This document shows positions 1 through 12,100 of a stretch of 64,000 nt of DNA, piece after piece. Both the position numbers and the translations under genes were made by a program. Below the pieces are notes generated by a model. That model saw only the letters and a program-made list of their open reading frames with translations, was not told the DNA's origin and did no database searches. Position 1 is the first letter of the stretch. Every line of letters starts with the position of its first letter. This stretch comes from Phoronis australis (Eukaryota; Animalia; Phoronida), in contig NMRA01000609.1 of the NCBI GenBank assembly GCA_002633005.1, forward strand, positions 48,977 through 112,976, given 5' to 3'.

Positions 1-133
1 GTAGAGGGGGCAGGGCAGAGTATTAGCCAGGATTTTGCCCGTCAGACATTCGCCAACCCCGATCTACCAAATGGAATCTGGGAGAATTTTAGAGGGCCCT
101 GGCCCCCTTGGCCCTCCTCTAAATCCGCCACTG
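1..133 (+). mobile_element. MITE with CAGTGGCGGAT-type termini (right part)
   Basis: Shares gagtattagccaggattttgcccgtcagacattcgc and the end taaatccgccactg with copies at 6825 and 29530. Confidence 0.75.
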
Positions 134-209
134 GCATAAATCAAATCAAATCTAGAAACATCCACAAACGTAAACAAGGAAGTCTGAGACGAGTGTGCTC
201 AATTCATAC

Positions 210-1074
210 CGTGCTTTATGTTGCTTGAGATTTTGTGACATGGAAAGTCAGGAGCACCATATCTAGTGTCAATAATAATGGATGGATGATCACGAATTCG
301 GAAACTTGGATGAACATACCTGTAGTTGGTGAGATAAACGATGTCAACACTAACAGTTGCCATACACTGACCATCTTTGGCATTTCCTGAACACTCATGT
401 TTAATAGATGAGACGTGTTCTGCCGGATAACGTACACAAACGTCTCGTAAGTTTAATCACGAGGCTTTATCAGTTAGTATTCTAACCTTCATCCACAGGC
501 TACTGAGAGTCCGATCGGTCCAAAGTTTTAATACAGCTGTTGTTAGTTAAAGGAAAGGCGGCTATATACTGTAAGCTTGAACCCATCACAAAAATGAACT
601 ATTATTTAAAACGCTTACCTTTATGAAACTCGCCTCAAATTGTCTCTTAGTCAGATTAGATGTCCGTGATTTCAGAGCTTTCTCTGGTGAACACAAACAA
701 TTGGTTACTTAGTCACGTACATGTACATGTACTTGGGCGGCTCTAAAATGTGCATGTTTGTCTCGGCGTGTCAGTTAATGCGCCGAGGACGGTCTCGACG
801 ATTATCGAGTTGTCTGTTCTTCGCCGCAAGCCAGTGAAAATCCCTTCTCCTCTGAATGAGAAACAAGTTAAAAACAAATTTATTTTGGTAAGAAGTCAAA
901 ATAAAAAGAGTATAATTTACTTAGATAGATGTATCCTCAATGATCACAGTGTTCACGGTGCCGAGCATCGGGTAATACGTAGCGACACGAGAACTGGACC
1001 TTACCGTTTGGTGCGCCGGGATCCTTCAGTTTTACTTGCAAAAGTTCACGTCTGACCATTATTGTATGCTGCAT
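210..1074 (-). CDS. Probable first two coding exons (1074-1005, 419-210) of an unidentified gene continuing off the left edge
   Basis: accATG...AAC G|GTAAGG (phase 1) splices to ggcag|AA...CAC G|GTATGA (210 nt, fully open, phase 1-1), giving MQHTIMVRRELLQVKLKDPGAPNEHVSSIKHECSGNAKDGQCMATVSVDIVYLTNYRYVHPSFRIRDHPSIIIDTRYGAPDFPCHKISSNIKH; CpG-rich around exon 1. Confidence 0.4.
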
Positions 1075-1890
1075 GGTAAGGGGCACTGGAAGTCGCGCGC
1101 ATCTCAGGGCCTACAGCGTTGTACTGAAAAATGCGAACTGGTGTTTTGCCCCATCATCCGTTGAAATCGCGACTGCACAATAGAAATATCCAGCAAATTC
1201 AAAATGCGAGCAAACAAAGCAGTTAAATACGGGACCAGCTCTCTTTTGTTCGATAATTGCTCTAATCTCCCATAACATGGTATATCTAGCCTGACTGGGT
1301 TGTCTGGTTTAAAATAAATGAATTTATAACATATTTGAACATAAACCAATAGCATGTCTGAAATGCTCGGCAAATATTGATCATGTTTAGTTTTTGAATC
1401 GAGAAAATCGCGCAACTACTTGTACAACCGAAGTTACGACAATCTATTCTTTCCGAACGTAGTCGCTCTGGGTTTAACCATAGATAGTCTATGGTTTAAC
1501 TGTGTTCACACGTGGTCTATAATAATAGGTTTATTTTATGTAACAGGTCTCCGGCCCACATTACAAATATATAATACATTGAGAGTACAAGATTTTCAAG
1601 TCTAAATTAATTCATATCAAGGAACTCATTTCTACGTTTCTCCGCATTAACAACTTTTCTCAGGACAGTTAAATCATGAGTCTGTAGAAAAATTTTGAAC
1701 ACTATCTCTTCCACTTTATTGTATCTTGGTAAGAACAGCACTCGTAGATCAGAATATAAATTATTTTCGAGAAGAAAGTGTAAGCCTGGTAGATAATCGG
1801 CCTGCCCCCTGTTGTCCTACCAGGCAAACGACTGTGCTTGGTAGTTAATAAAGAATCTAGATGTTATCACACGCTCTGTTCGCCGTAAAA

Positions 1891-3919
1891 TGTAACAATT
1901 TCGTGAACAGTAACAACTGTTACATTTCAGGCATTGTTACATTTTACGTTCAGTGCTAGGCCTCTCCTAAAATGTAACAAGTTGTTACATTTTATGTAAT
2001 TGTTACATTTACGTCGAGTGCACAGGCGAGAACTGTATCATTGTTACATTTTACGAAAGCGACATCAAATTTCATGAATTTGCAAGGTATTCGTTACAAG
2101 GTGGAAAACCGTTCACACACTTAACGCCTTCTTTCTCGTATTGTGTGAATGAAATTCTATCAAATGTACTAGGTCGACTTTACAGATGTGTCCCTTTGTA
2201 CTTTCCATGTTTTTTGAATATGAGTAGTTTAATGGTATATTAAAAATGTACAGCGTATATTTTCAACTCCACACGAAAGGAGTTTCCAGTATCAGGTAAC
2301 AAGTTTTTTATCGTTAAAGCGTTCTTGCATTTTTTGTTAACGCTAACAAACCAATTTTTATCCGACATTACAATAAATACACTTCCCTTTGTAAGAACAA
2401 CAATGACATCCTATTTGGCTTATATTTATCGTATTTCTTCGGGATCGAACGACAATAACAAAATTTTTCATGGAGAATTCAATTTCGGAAGCCACTTTGA
2501 TAGAAAAACACCAGTTTTAGTCCACGATAGTTTGGTTTATTTCGGCAACTGTTTTATTGCCTTGGAGTCATCGCTAATGCAGTAATTGCCCTGCTTTACA
2601 CAAAATGAGAAACCAATTAAGTTTCTGATGCCGACAGGTGCTGTCTACCACCTTAGTTACGAATGTCGATTTCTCAGACATTGTGGTGAAAGAAAATAAA
2701 AGCACACATTTATTTGCCGGCAGGATGACACATGTTGCCAAAGCAACAGCAAAATATCGCCAATGAGAAGGGTGAGCCATTAGTGCAAAAAAGTGGCGGC
2801 ATTGTGAGGAAAGAAATATCATTGTTCCTACGATGTCAAACCTGGCTGAAATAATGGTGGTAACAACAGGGCAAACCGTGACGTGTAAACGTAAAAATGG
2901 GATGCCTGGCACTCTGAAGGGATATTTTGCTCAAACCTGGTCTAGATCTATAGTTTAAAGGGGCAATAGTCCAAAAAGCTGACTGTTGGGCTTTTGGACT
3001 ATACAAACATGCAATTTCTCTCAATTACCTTTTAAGATAAAATATGAATCAAAATTGCTATTTGGCCAATGGTCGTTAGTTCCAAGTACAAAAAGATTGG
3101 ACATTCTGTTATTAATGGACGTGAAGTCACGTGTCTAATGAGGCGCCACTTTTTGTATTGCAGCTCGCAGATAAGGGAATTTGGTATATTAATACTTTTG
3201 ATGCAATGTATTTTAATCTTTTTGATGTATTACACTAAATGCTCATATTAAACGTCGCTGACTTCGACGTTGGCGGTTTTTGTTCCATACAATCAACTTT
3301 CAATGAAACCTACTTCAAACCATTCTGTTAAATCACTGTGTTTTTTTTTAAATATTGGGGCCCAATCCACATAAAATTGTTGCGTGTCTTGTATGTCCGT
3401 TACCAGCTATTCTAATGACCCAGTGACCGCAACTGACTAGTCGTTACTTCTCGAAAAATGTCTGCCTCCAGAGTTCAGCGTTACGCAATTTTGTAATTAC
3501 ACATCAGTTCTTTGGCAAGGAATGTTTTTAAAAAGAGACAATTTTGCGGTCTGAATTCAGTTCTTTGTGGCAAACTACAGATGGAAATAGTTATATTTAT
3601 AAATAATACAATGCTTGTTGATAGTTCAGAAATAATAATAATTTGAATTTGGTGCTCGTCTAAACAAGATTTTAAATCTCAACCTCCTCGTTTACAAAAA
3701 GTAGGCGTACTCTGCATCCACAGCTGTCAAGACGTTCCTCACAATAATTATGAACTTAGGAGCCCCTTTAAAATCCTATTGGGACAGCACTCGCTGTCCA
3801 CTTTGGAAAGCCCGATGACAATATTGAACAATAAATGAAATGATTTTAAAAACTTTGATGTCCATGATGTATCAGCACTTTGCTTAACATGTATTGTGTC
3901 CTCGTTAAATAAATTTAAT

Positions 3920-3984
<65 letters not shown>

Positions 3985-4564
3985 TAACGAAAACGATAAC
4001 GAGTAATAGCAGTGACAGTTGTAATAGTATTAATAGCAGTAACAGTAGTGATAGTAATGTAAAACTAATAAAACTGATTATAGGTAGCCAAATTCATGTC
4101 GTGTCAGCTCGGAGGGCATTCCTATAGAAGATGTATACGAAAAGTGCTGCCCAAAAGGGTGTTTTTATCACAGAAAAAAATATTCTGCATCCTGAATTTC
4201 TGGAACAGAAGTGTGCGAAAATGAGAGGTTTTACTCAAATTAGTTTCTAAATGGGTCATTTTTTTGTACGAGCCCACTCTCTAAATTGGTAGGTATTCAA
4301 ATTTTTCGGGCGCCACTCCTCGTCTAAAAATACTCCAGTACCCCCCGGCCGTGTCAGATACCCCTTGTTCGTGATTTAAGTTGGTCATTTTCTTTGCAAT
4401 ATGACGTACGTTTCGTAAAATGTAACAATAGTACATTTCTCGCAAGTGCGTCCGACGTGAAATGTAACAACTGCATAAAATGTAACAACTTGTTACATTT
4501 TAGGAGAGGTTTAGCAACGTAAAGTGTAACAATGACGTAAAACAACTGTTACGAAATTGCTACA
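1891..4564. mobile_element. Pair of about 160-bp inverted repeats rich in TGTAACAA motifs; possible 2.7-kb non-autonomous DNA transposon
   Basis: 1891-2058 aligns to the reverse complement of 4411-4564, including cctctcctaaaatgtaacaagttgttacattttatg. Confidence 0.6.
3922..3982. repeat. (AAT)n microsatellite, about 20 units
   Basis: Pure taa repeats read directly, decaying into GAT/AAC/AGT variants. Confidence 0.95.
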
Positions 4565-5917
4565 ACCCTCACTGAACCGGAAAACGCCGCCGTGTACATG
4601 TATCATGGTCGATCGGGGGAGTTTGGTCTGTTTGGAGATAAATTCGAATCATTCTTACGTGAAATACAGACATGAAAGATAGCTGTGTGTTGCTGTTAGA
4701 CTTGCAATTTCTTTCTCTTAAAAAGACACAAAACGCTGGTTATCCCAGCCAGTGCCTCGGAACCCGATCAGGCCCGTCACAGCCGCCGGGACTGGACGTC
4801 ACGAACATAAACCAGCTTTAGTTGGAAACTAAACCTCCAGCATCACGAAAAGACTATACTGGTGAGCCAAAGAAATAATGTGCACGTAATTATCTGTATC
4901 GCCCAAACTACACTGAAGGAACCGTTACGAAAATTCAGTGGTATGTGTTCCTTTTTGAACTACTGTGCCCCCCAGTGGCAGTTTTGCCCTTTTTGTCAGA
5001 GGCTATTTCTCCTCTCTTTCTTGTGATATATGACAAGTGTATTTCTATGAACGTGACAAGGGATGACGACTTTCGGACGTCTCCGACGCTATGCCCCTAA
5101 TAGCAGTTAGTTTCTTACTTTTTCTCTGCCAATGAGTATCTTCGTAGTTCCTCAGTACATGAACTTTCATGAAATTTGGCAAATAGCTTTCCTGTTTTCG
5201 GTTGGATATGAATTATTGTACGCCACTCCCTAATGGTATAATTATTCATTTACTTTTCGGGTTCTGAGCATCCGCCTCTCTGTCAGCCAAACCTTGCAGT
5301 CTAGGATCATGATGAAAATTCAGGACATTTTATTTCTTTTAGGAGGTTCATGATTTTCAAATGTCCGACAGCTAGCTGTGGTTTCCTCTAGTGGCAATGC
5401 TTTCTTGCCGCAGTGGGCCAATACAAAGTTCCTTAATTGGTCTACATTAAATATTACCGAGTCGTGGTCAGTATTGTCTTGCCAGATTCTATGTCTTAAG
5501 TGATCTCGGCCGGAACCCACACATTAGTGAAATGCTGTTGGTAGTGCTATAGCTGCCAACCAGAATGACCGAATATTTCTTTACTGGAGTTCAAACAGTT
5601 ATCATTTGACAGTCACGACAGTGCCACGTTGCGAACGTAATGGACTTAGTAGGATACCAGCGCCTTCTTGCGACTGCGCGCGCTTGTGGAAGTCTTTGCA
5701 AATTCAGTAACTGTCTCGAGTAAAATTAAATCACAAATAAACACACGTGAGATTACCCAGCACGTGCCTCAGTGACAAGAAATCAGAGAATAAAAATATG
5801 CATATCTATTTATGGAATAAAACTATTTATACCACAATATTGGCGTCAAATGACAGATACAACCGTGTAATAACCCATAAAGTTATCTCACTAGTGAGAT
5901 AACGATTTGGCGGGAAA

Positions 5918-5988
5918 CCGAGGACGGAATCGAACCCGGGACCTTGAGTTTGCTAGTCGCCGACCTTAACCACTACACCACGCAGCAG
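5918..5988 (-). mobile_element. tRNA-derived SINE-like head
   Basis: Reverse strand has A box TGGTGTAGTGG and B box GGTTCGATTCC, but no intact acceptor or anticodon stems. Confidence 0.65.
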
Positions 5989-6437
5989 CTGACGTCATCT
6001 AATGTGAAAATAGAATACTTAAATGAGCACGCGCAATAATCGCACGTTCAACAAACCGCATTGTACTGTACGTATACGCTACGGAAAATAAGACACATAA
6101 TTTCCATAAAAATGATATCTTAATTCAATGAAATATTTCTCTCATGTCCTTTTACTTGTAAATCACCGATCTCCAGTTTGAATGCGGGTATCGTGTCGTC
6201 AGGATCTTTGGCTTGAAAATTATATTCAGTTACCAGTGGTAACCTACTTTAGCAGACGATAATTTCCCGGTCGAAGCTTAGCGTGAAAAAATCGTGTTTT
6301 AAGCTATAATAGTTGGTAAACGTTAATTTATAAATTCAGTTTATTTCTATTATATTTAAGTTTTCAATTGGTTTTGAGTAAAAGCATTATTTGACAAAAA
6401 TAGCCCGGCTTTTCTTAAAAGGTCACGACCTCCGACC

Positions 6438-6573
6438 NNNNNNNNNNNNNNNNNNNNNNNNNNNNNNNNNNNNNNNNNNNNNNNNNNNNNNNNNNNNNNN
6501 NNNNNNNNNNNNNNNNNNNNNNNNNNNNNNNNNNNNNNNNNNNNNNNNNNNNNNNNNNNNNNNNNNNNNNNNN
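6438..6573. other. Assembly gap (136 N)
   Basis: Run of N. Confidence 0.99.
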
Positions 6574-6652
6574 AAAGTAGTTACAAAGCCGTGGAGAGTC
6601 AGAAAAGGTAAATCAATTCATTGCAATGTTTCTCGTTTAGTATGTGGTATAA

Positions 6653-6816
6653 ATAGATTATTACATGTTCTCAGCCGTTATCCCCCTTATCTAGAGCCCT
6701 CGTGGATTTTGGAGAATTATCACCCTCGGGGCTAACGCCCCTCGGGCGATAATTCTCCAAAATCCACTCGGGCTCTAGATAACGGGGGATAACGACTTCG
6801 CCATGTAATAATCTAT
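6653..6816. mobile_element. 164-bp foldback (palindromic) non-autonomous element
   Basis: atagattattacatg...ctagagccc...gtggattttggagaattatc pairs with gataattctccaaaatccac...gggctctag...catgtaataatctat. Confidence 0.8.
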
Positions 6817-6824
6817 ATATAACC

Positions 6825-6892
6825 AGTGGCGGATCCAGGATATTGAGTTAGGGGACCAGGGCAGAGTATTAGCCAGGATGTTGCCTGTCAGA
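6825..6892 (+). mobile_element. Truncated left part of the same CAGTGGCGGAT MITE
   Basis: cagtggcggatccagga...gcagagtattagccaggatgttgcctgtcaga. Confidence 0.7.
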
Positions 6893-7793
6893 TCACCAGT
6901 TTCTATAACTTTAGATTACAGACAATTATTGTGTATGGTATAACTGGAAAATTCAAAAACTTGCCACTACTTGCGTGTGATACGAGTAAAAATCCACTTG
7001 GTCACAGCAGAATTGTATTTTATAGCGAAAAAGAAATAAAGGTTCCATCGAATCACTACACTTTAAAGTGAATTAAGAACCACCTTTTTACCTCGTTTAG
7101 TGACCAGTAACTACTTTATCAAAACCATTAACCTTCCTTTACAGTACTGCACACCACAATCATAAATTCAGTATCCAAAAACGAGAAAATAGAAAAAAGC
7201 GATTTCATTTGAGTTTCTTAGCTTTCACGGACATGAGTGTGATGTATGAATATACCCAGGATGTCTGTGCCATGTCCACCGACACGCGAATTTCTTGATC
7301 AAATTTGTGCCATATCCGCGCTTCTCCCATATCCCGCGGGAAGTAAAATAAGGCAAAGCGTAGTCAAATACTAAGTCGTCACAACCAACAAAAACGCAAC
7401 GCCTCGCTATTCCTTATTATGCCACAAACCATAGGAAAACGAGCAGCGATATCTGACGTCTGTTCACACTAAACACAATAGAGGACGATTGATGCTGTGA
7501 TTGGTTAAACCAATTTTATGTGGTATGTTTGAACCAATAAATTCTGGTAACTGGAGACCAGCTAATTAACATATCGTCGGATAGTCTTTGCGGGTGTTCC
7601 AATTTGACAGCTGATCGACTGGTAGGATTGTTTTTAAGTGTTTTTGAAATAAAAATTGGTGAAGTCCCATGTCATGTCGAACCTTAATACACTCGGTGGA
7701 CTCCATTTGGTCAACTGTCTTCAAACATTTATATGACAGTACACTTGCACTGAAGTGCATGTTTCCATACTAAATAGATAATCATAAACAAAC

Positions 7794-7799
7794 TTTATT
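7794..7799 (-). terminator. Candidate IFT46 polyadenylation signal AATAAA (a second one at 7925-7930)
   Basis: tttatt on the plus strand 1.2-1.3 kb past the IFT46 stop, in AT-rich context. Confidence 0.4.
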
Positions 7800-8643
7800 G
7801 TTTTTTACTATTTGGAAACACATAGGTTCATAATGAAATAAATATATTATACCAAATCTTGTTAACATAATAGGAATACATGTACGCCTATACCACAAAA
7901 TATTAAAGACTTCTGGACGGAAATTTTATTCTTTGCAGCTTTCTTAAGTACACTGAAGGATGCCTCTGCTTCAGACACTAACAAGACTCAATTTACAGCT
8001 GCTGTTCTGTCGAAAAACCAACCTTTCACTTAGTCCAATTAACCAGTCTCAATTTGACTATATCTCAGATGAGAAGTGGTCTCAGTGATTGGAAATAACT
8101 GACTGTTTGTTATTATATGAGTCCATCCTCGCTGTATAAAGTGACCAGTCACAATGTCATGATAAACCAGTGTGTTGAGCCTGGGCTCGATCAATAACAA
8201 AAAGCGAGTTCCTTCCAAACCAAGAAATCACCTGACTCAAGTGAAGACGCAGTTAAGTAGTTAAGTAGTCTAAATCAAAAATTTTCTTTCAACAGAAGGT
8301 AAATTTACAGCACTAACAAATAACTAGTAAATTAGAGGACAGTGAGAACAAACGAATTGGGGTTTTAAAAAAAATGGCTGCAGGTACTTTGAGACAGTCT
8401 GGCTGTGATATATAATACACCTTTTTGTGCAGGCTAATTTAGAACAGAAGTATAAATTCAAGTTGTCGTAGAATGTAACGCACATGTTAAAGAAGGACAC
8501 AAACTGGTGCTGATGGTTTTAATGGAATCGAATTTAGCACGGGCTAAGGAGCAAAATGACCCTTGTTTAATTCCCTGTAGGCTTTGAACCAAGAAGCACT
8601 ATTTTAATAGTTAACAGTTTGCTTTAGAGGACAGTGAGAACAA

Positions 8644-8722
8644 ACAGACTGAAAACTAACTTAACACAAATAGTTGCGAGCATTACTCGTAACTATTTGT
8701 GTTAAGTTAGTTTTCAGTCTGT
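8644..8722. repeat. 37-bp inverted repeat with 5-nt loop
   Basis: acagactgaaaactaacttaacacaaatagttgcgag-catta-ctcgtaactatttgtgttaagttagttttcagtctgt; 1 mismatch. Confidence 0.9.
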
Positions 8723-8771
8723 AAAAAACTTTAACTTCTTGGTTATACTTCAAGTTTCATAAGTAACATTA

Positions 8772-9007
8772 AAAAATAATTGCAGGTGGTCTGATACACG
8801 TTGTAACAAACATGCACAGGCCGTGCATGCGGACTCATTGAACTGATCACCTGAAACCATTTTTATGCTTGATAAATATATGGTTAAAACCAAGCTGAGG
8901 AGCTAGAAACCTGACTCAAGGTTTTAGCAGTATAACCCAGTGAGACTAGAACCCACGGCTTCGAGTAAAGAAAGCGGCCACCAATTACACTGGACCAAAC
9001 TGCCTCC
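8772..9007 (-). mobile_element. tRNA-derived SINE family A copy in the IFT46 3' region
   Basis: Reverse complement matches the copies at 41763, 49815, 51580 and 55212 (ctcctcagct...aaagcataaaaa...caggtgatcag...ctgcaattattttt). Confidence 0.85.
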
Positions 9008-9120
9008 ACTTCAAAAGTAAGAAGCAAAAATATGGTTTGTGAGATTAAAATTTAAAGCGGCTATCAACCCGTCTTCCATCACAACAACTGTTGAAGGACA
9101 CCCTCGGACTAGATCAAGCT

Positions 9121-9198
9121 CTACAGCACAAGTGTGTCAGCAGCATCATCCTTCAACTGGTTATCCATCTGGTTTTCATCGGCCAATGCTTTGAAATG
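9121..9198 (-). CDS. IFT46: IFT46 last coding exon (HFKALADENQMDNQLKDDAADTLVL*)
   Basis: ttttgcag acceptor; HFKALA as in vertebrate IFT46; TAG stop at 9123-9121. Confidence 0.93.
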   Translation of the reverse strand, partial: HFKALADENQMDNQLKDDAADTLVL

Positions 9199-12100
9199 CT
9201 GCAAAATGAAAACCAAGCGCCACTGAGTACAGGATAAAAAATTTCAACATTTAAAGTTGCTGGAACTAATTTGAGCTAATAAGGTGGCCATAATTAAAAA
9301 ACCATCAGAAGTCACGTGTCTTTCCATTCTCTAACAATGACTTCAAAAAATTCAATCGAGATTCTTGGACACATTTAAGTATCAACCAGTTGTAAAATAA
9401 TGACTGCTTTGTGACTTTTTGGCAAACTGTGTCGAGCCCTTTTAAGTCATTTTATCGGCAATAAAAATTATGCCAGAAATTTACTAGACACACAAGTAAA
9501 TAGCAGGGATGACCCAATAGAAAAAAATACAGCATAGTTTGTACACTGAGACAATGGTTGATAATATAACGGACTTCTCTGCACAACCGTGTTACAACGA
9601 ACCAGGTGTTTGTTCACTGATAACGTTCCATTCAGCGAGTCCGTAAACACTCTACCAATAGATGGCACCCCACTACTCATGAATCAAAGAACACGTCATA
9701 TCTTGAAAGCATGATCCATGATATAGGCGATTCGAAGAGACAAATAACTTGCCACAGTGAAACTCACCTGTGAGTTTTTGAACTCGGAGTACAGAGTGAA
9801 GAGAACGTGGAGCGACTGAACTCTGCTCTTATAAATAGGAATGTCTAAGATGGCTGAAAATAATAAACAATTCGATAACCACATAATCAGAAATCATACA
9901 GAGAGCACAGATACGTGCCGAAACATCTCAGTTCCACCACAATGCAGCTACATCTGAATGTATTACATATCAGTGAGTGAAAACGTTGAATTTGCTTGCC
10001 CTCTCTCACAACTGTAGACTGTACACATTACAGTATCGCAGTTCACGAATATATTATGTTAATTTACCTTAAAGCAACGTCTGACAAAAAACAAATTTTT
10101 GTTTCCATGCCAGACTGTTATAAAACTGACTCAATGTGTAACTTGCTGTGATTGGATACGAGTGTTGGGCTTGGGAAGCACGAGACCACGCTCAGAATGT
10201 TGGGCGTGTGTCACGACTGATCATTTTGTCTGCTGAGCGCAAACTGCCAATTCTTTCTAAGTCTAGAAATCACTTCTCATTTGCCACCAGAAACAAGATG
10301 ATACCAGCTTTGCAGCAGTAAACTGGACTGATGTCTAAATCAAGATAAATTCTTTGACACAAAACAGCTTAAAAATGTCAGCTTTTCGTTCAATTTTCCA
10401 CCTTTGTGTATCTAAACAATCCTAACATACGAGATTAATGTTTATGTCCCATTTCCAAATACTCAAAATATTAGATTTCAGCCATGATAACAGTTCATGT
10501 TAACCTGGAAATTGATGGAGTGATGCACAGATAAACCAAAATCAAAACCTCCCTAAAAGATAACAGGTGACAGAAAACAGAAATCCTGGTGGTAGCGCTG
10601 CCGCCTTCCAGCCTAAAGGTCATGGATTCCACACTGGTAGGCCTTACAGTAAGGTCTCTTGCTCCATTACTTTCTCCGTACGAGTTAAATTGCATTATTC
10701 CTAATTGCTACTTCATGTGAACATGTTTTTTTTTTCCACCAGTACACGTCATTTTGAGTAACTCCTTAATTCCACATTAATTCAATGATGTACAACATTA
10801 TCACAGTTTTGACTTAAAAGTTGTCAAAATCAACTGAACGAAAATAGGCCAATGTTCATTTTGAGTGGACAATGGGCCAAGTCTTACCACAGATCATATC
10901 GACATAGGCGCCCAGATCACAATCCAGTTCAGCAGAGGGAAGGCCAACCTAAAACAAAGGGACACTGATTAACGAGACGATACATTAACAGACAATATTT
11001 ATAAATCATGCTCACTGCATATATTTACAAAGACCGAGAGGATTATTTTCACAAAAACACCAGTCTTGTCAAAAATTGATGCTGAACATTTTTCCACTTT
11101 CAGATAAGTTTCAGTAAATGCATCGTTCAAACAGAGTAAACACTCAACACTGACATGTCTTCTTAAGTGATTTCTGGGTAATCCATCATATCAGTTCTTC
11201 CTCTACTCACTTCTTTCAATAACTCTTCAAAGTCGTGTGGCCACTCTTGCATGAGATCATCGATCTCTGGCATATTTCTGAAATCAATCGACGACGCGTA
11301 ATTCATGTAATTACAGGCACAGATGCAATGTAAGCAGAGATGTTCTTAGTCATCAACTTGAAATGGGGAGGAGGAAAAAAAGCAACTAATCAACACATCA
11401 ATGGCATCTACAAGCCAAAGCTTCACCTAGTGTCTAGCACATCAGTAACCAAGTTAACGTGTGCGAGACGTGGACGGAGCATCATGAATGCAAATAACAA
11501 GTCAGTCTTAGTTATACAAACATCAGTGACCAAGCTGGAGTCTGTACATCATTAACGCAACATCATGTATCACAAGTCCCAGTTCTAAAAACAAATTTCG
11601 TAGCCAATCTTTAGTCTGCAAGGAGGCATATACAACACCTAAGTGTAGGCTCTAAAAACACCAGCAACTAAGTTAAACTCTGCCTGAGGGGATGAAACAT
11701 CGTGAACATGAGCCATGAAACCCAGTGGTCTGACCATTAGAAATTAAGTTTTTAGTCTGCGGGTGGTGGACATCATGTCACAAATGTTAGTCCAATATCC
11801 AACAGGTAGGGAGGAATGGAGGGAGGGATGGGAGGGAGGGAGGGATGGAGGGTCGGAAGGGAAGGAGGGAGGGAAGGGAAGGANGGGAGGGAGGGAGGGT
11901 CGGAAGGGAAGGAGGGAGGGAAGGGAAGGAGAGACAGAGAATATCTGCCACTTCTCTCCAGATTTTCATTGATAACTCGCTTTTGATGAATAACCTTGAC
12001 ATCAACCACTCATACAAAGCTTAATGCATTTGTCTTCTGTCACCAGCAAAAGGAGATTTTTTACCAAAAACTTCATTTGACACATCTTCTTTATATTTAT

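Noticed and set aside
4950-5560. Degenerate transposase-like coding remnant on the minus strand
   Set aside because: Multiple stops and no motif I can name with confidence; needs TBLASTX
5918-5988. Functional tRNA gene
   Set aside because: A and B boxes are present but acceptor and anticodon stems do not pair; treated as a SINE-like head
6391-6735. 114-aa ORF
   Set aside because: Open only because it spans the N gap
11763-12017. Three overlapping ORFs in the ORF track
   Set aside because: Artefacts of the GGGA low-complexity tract
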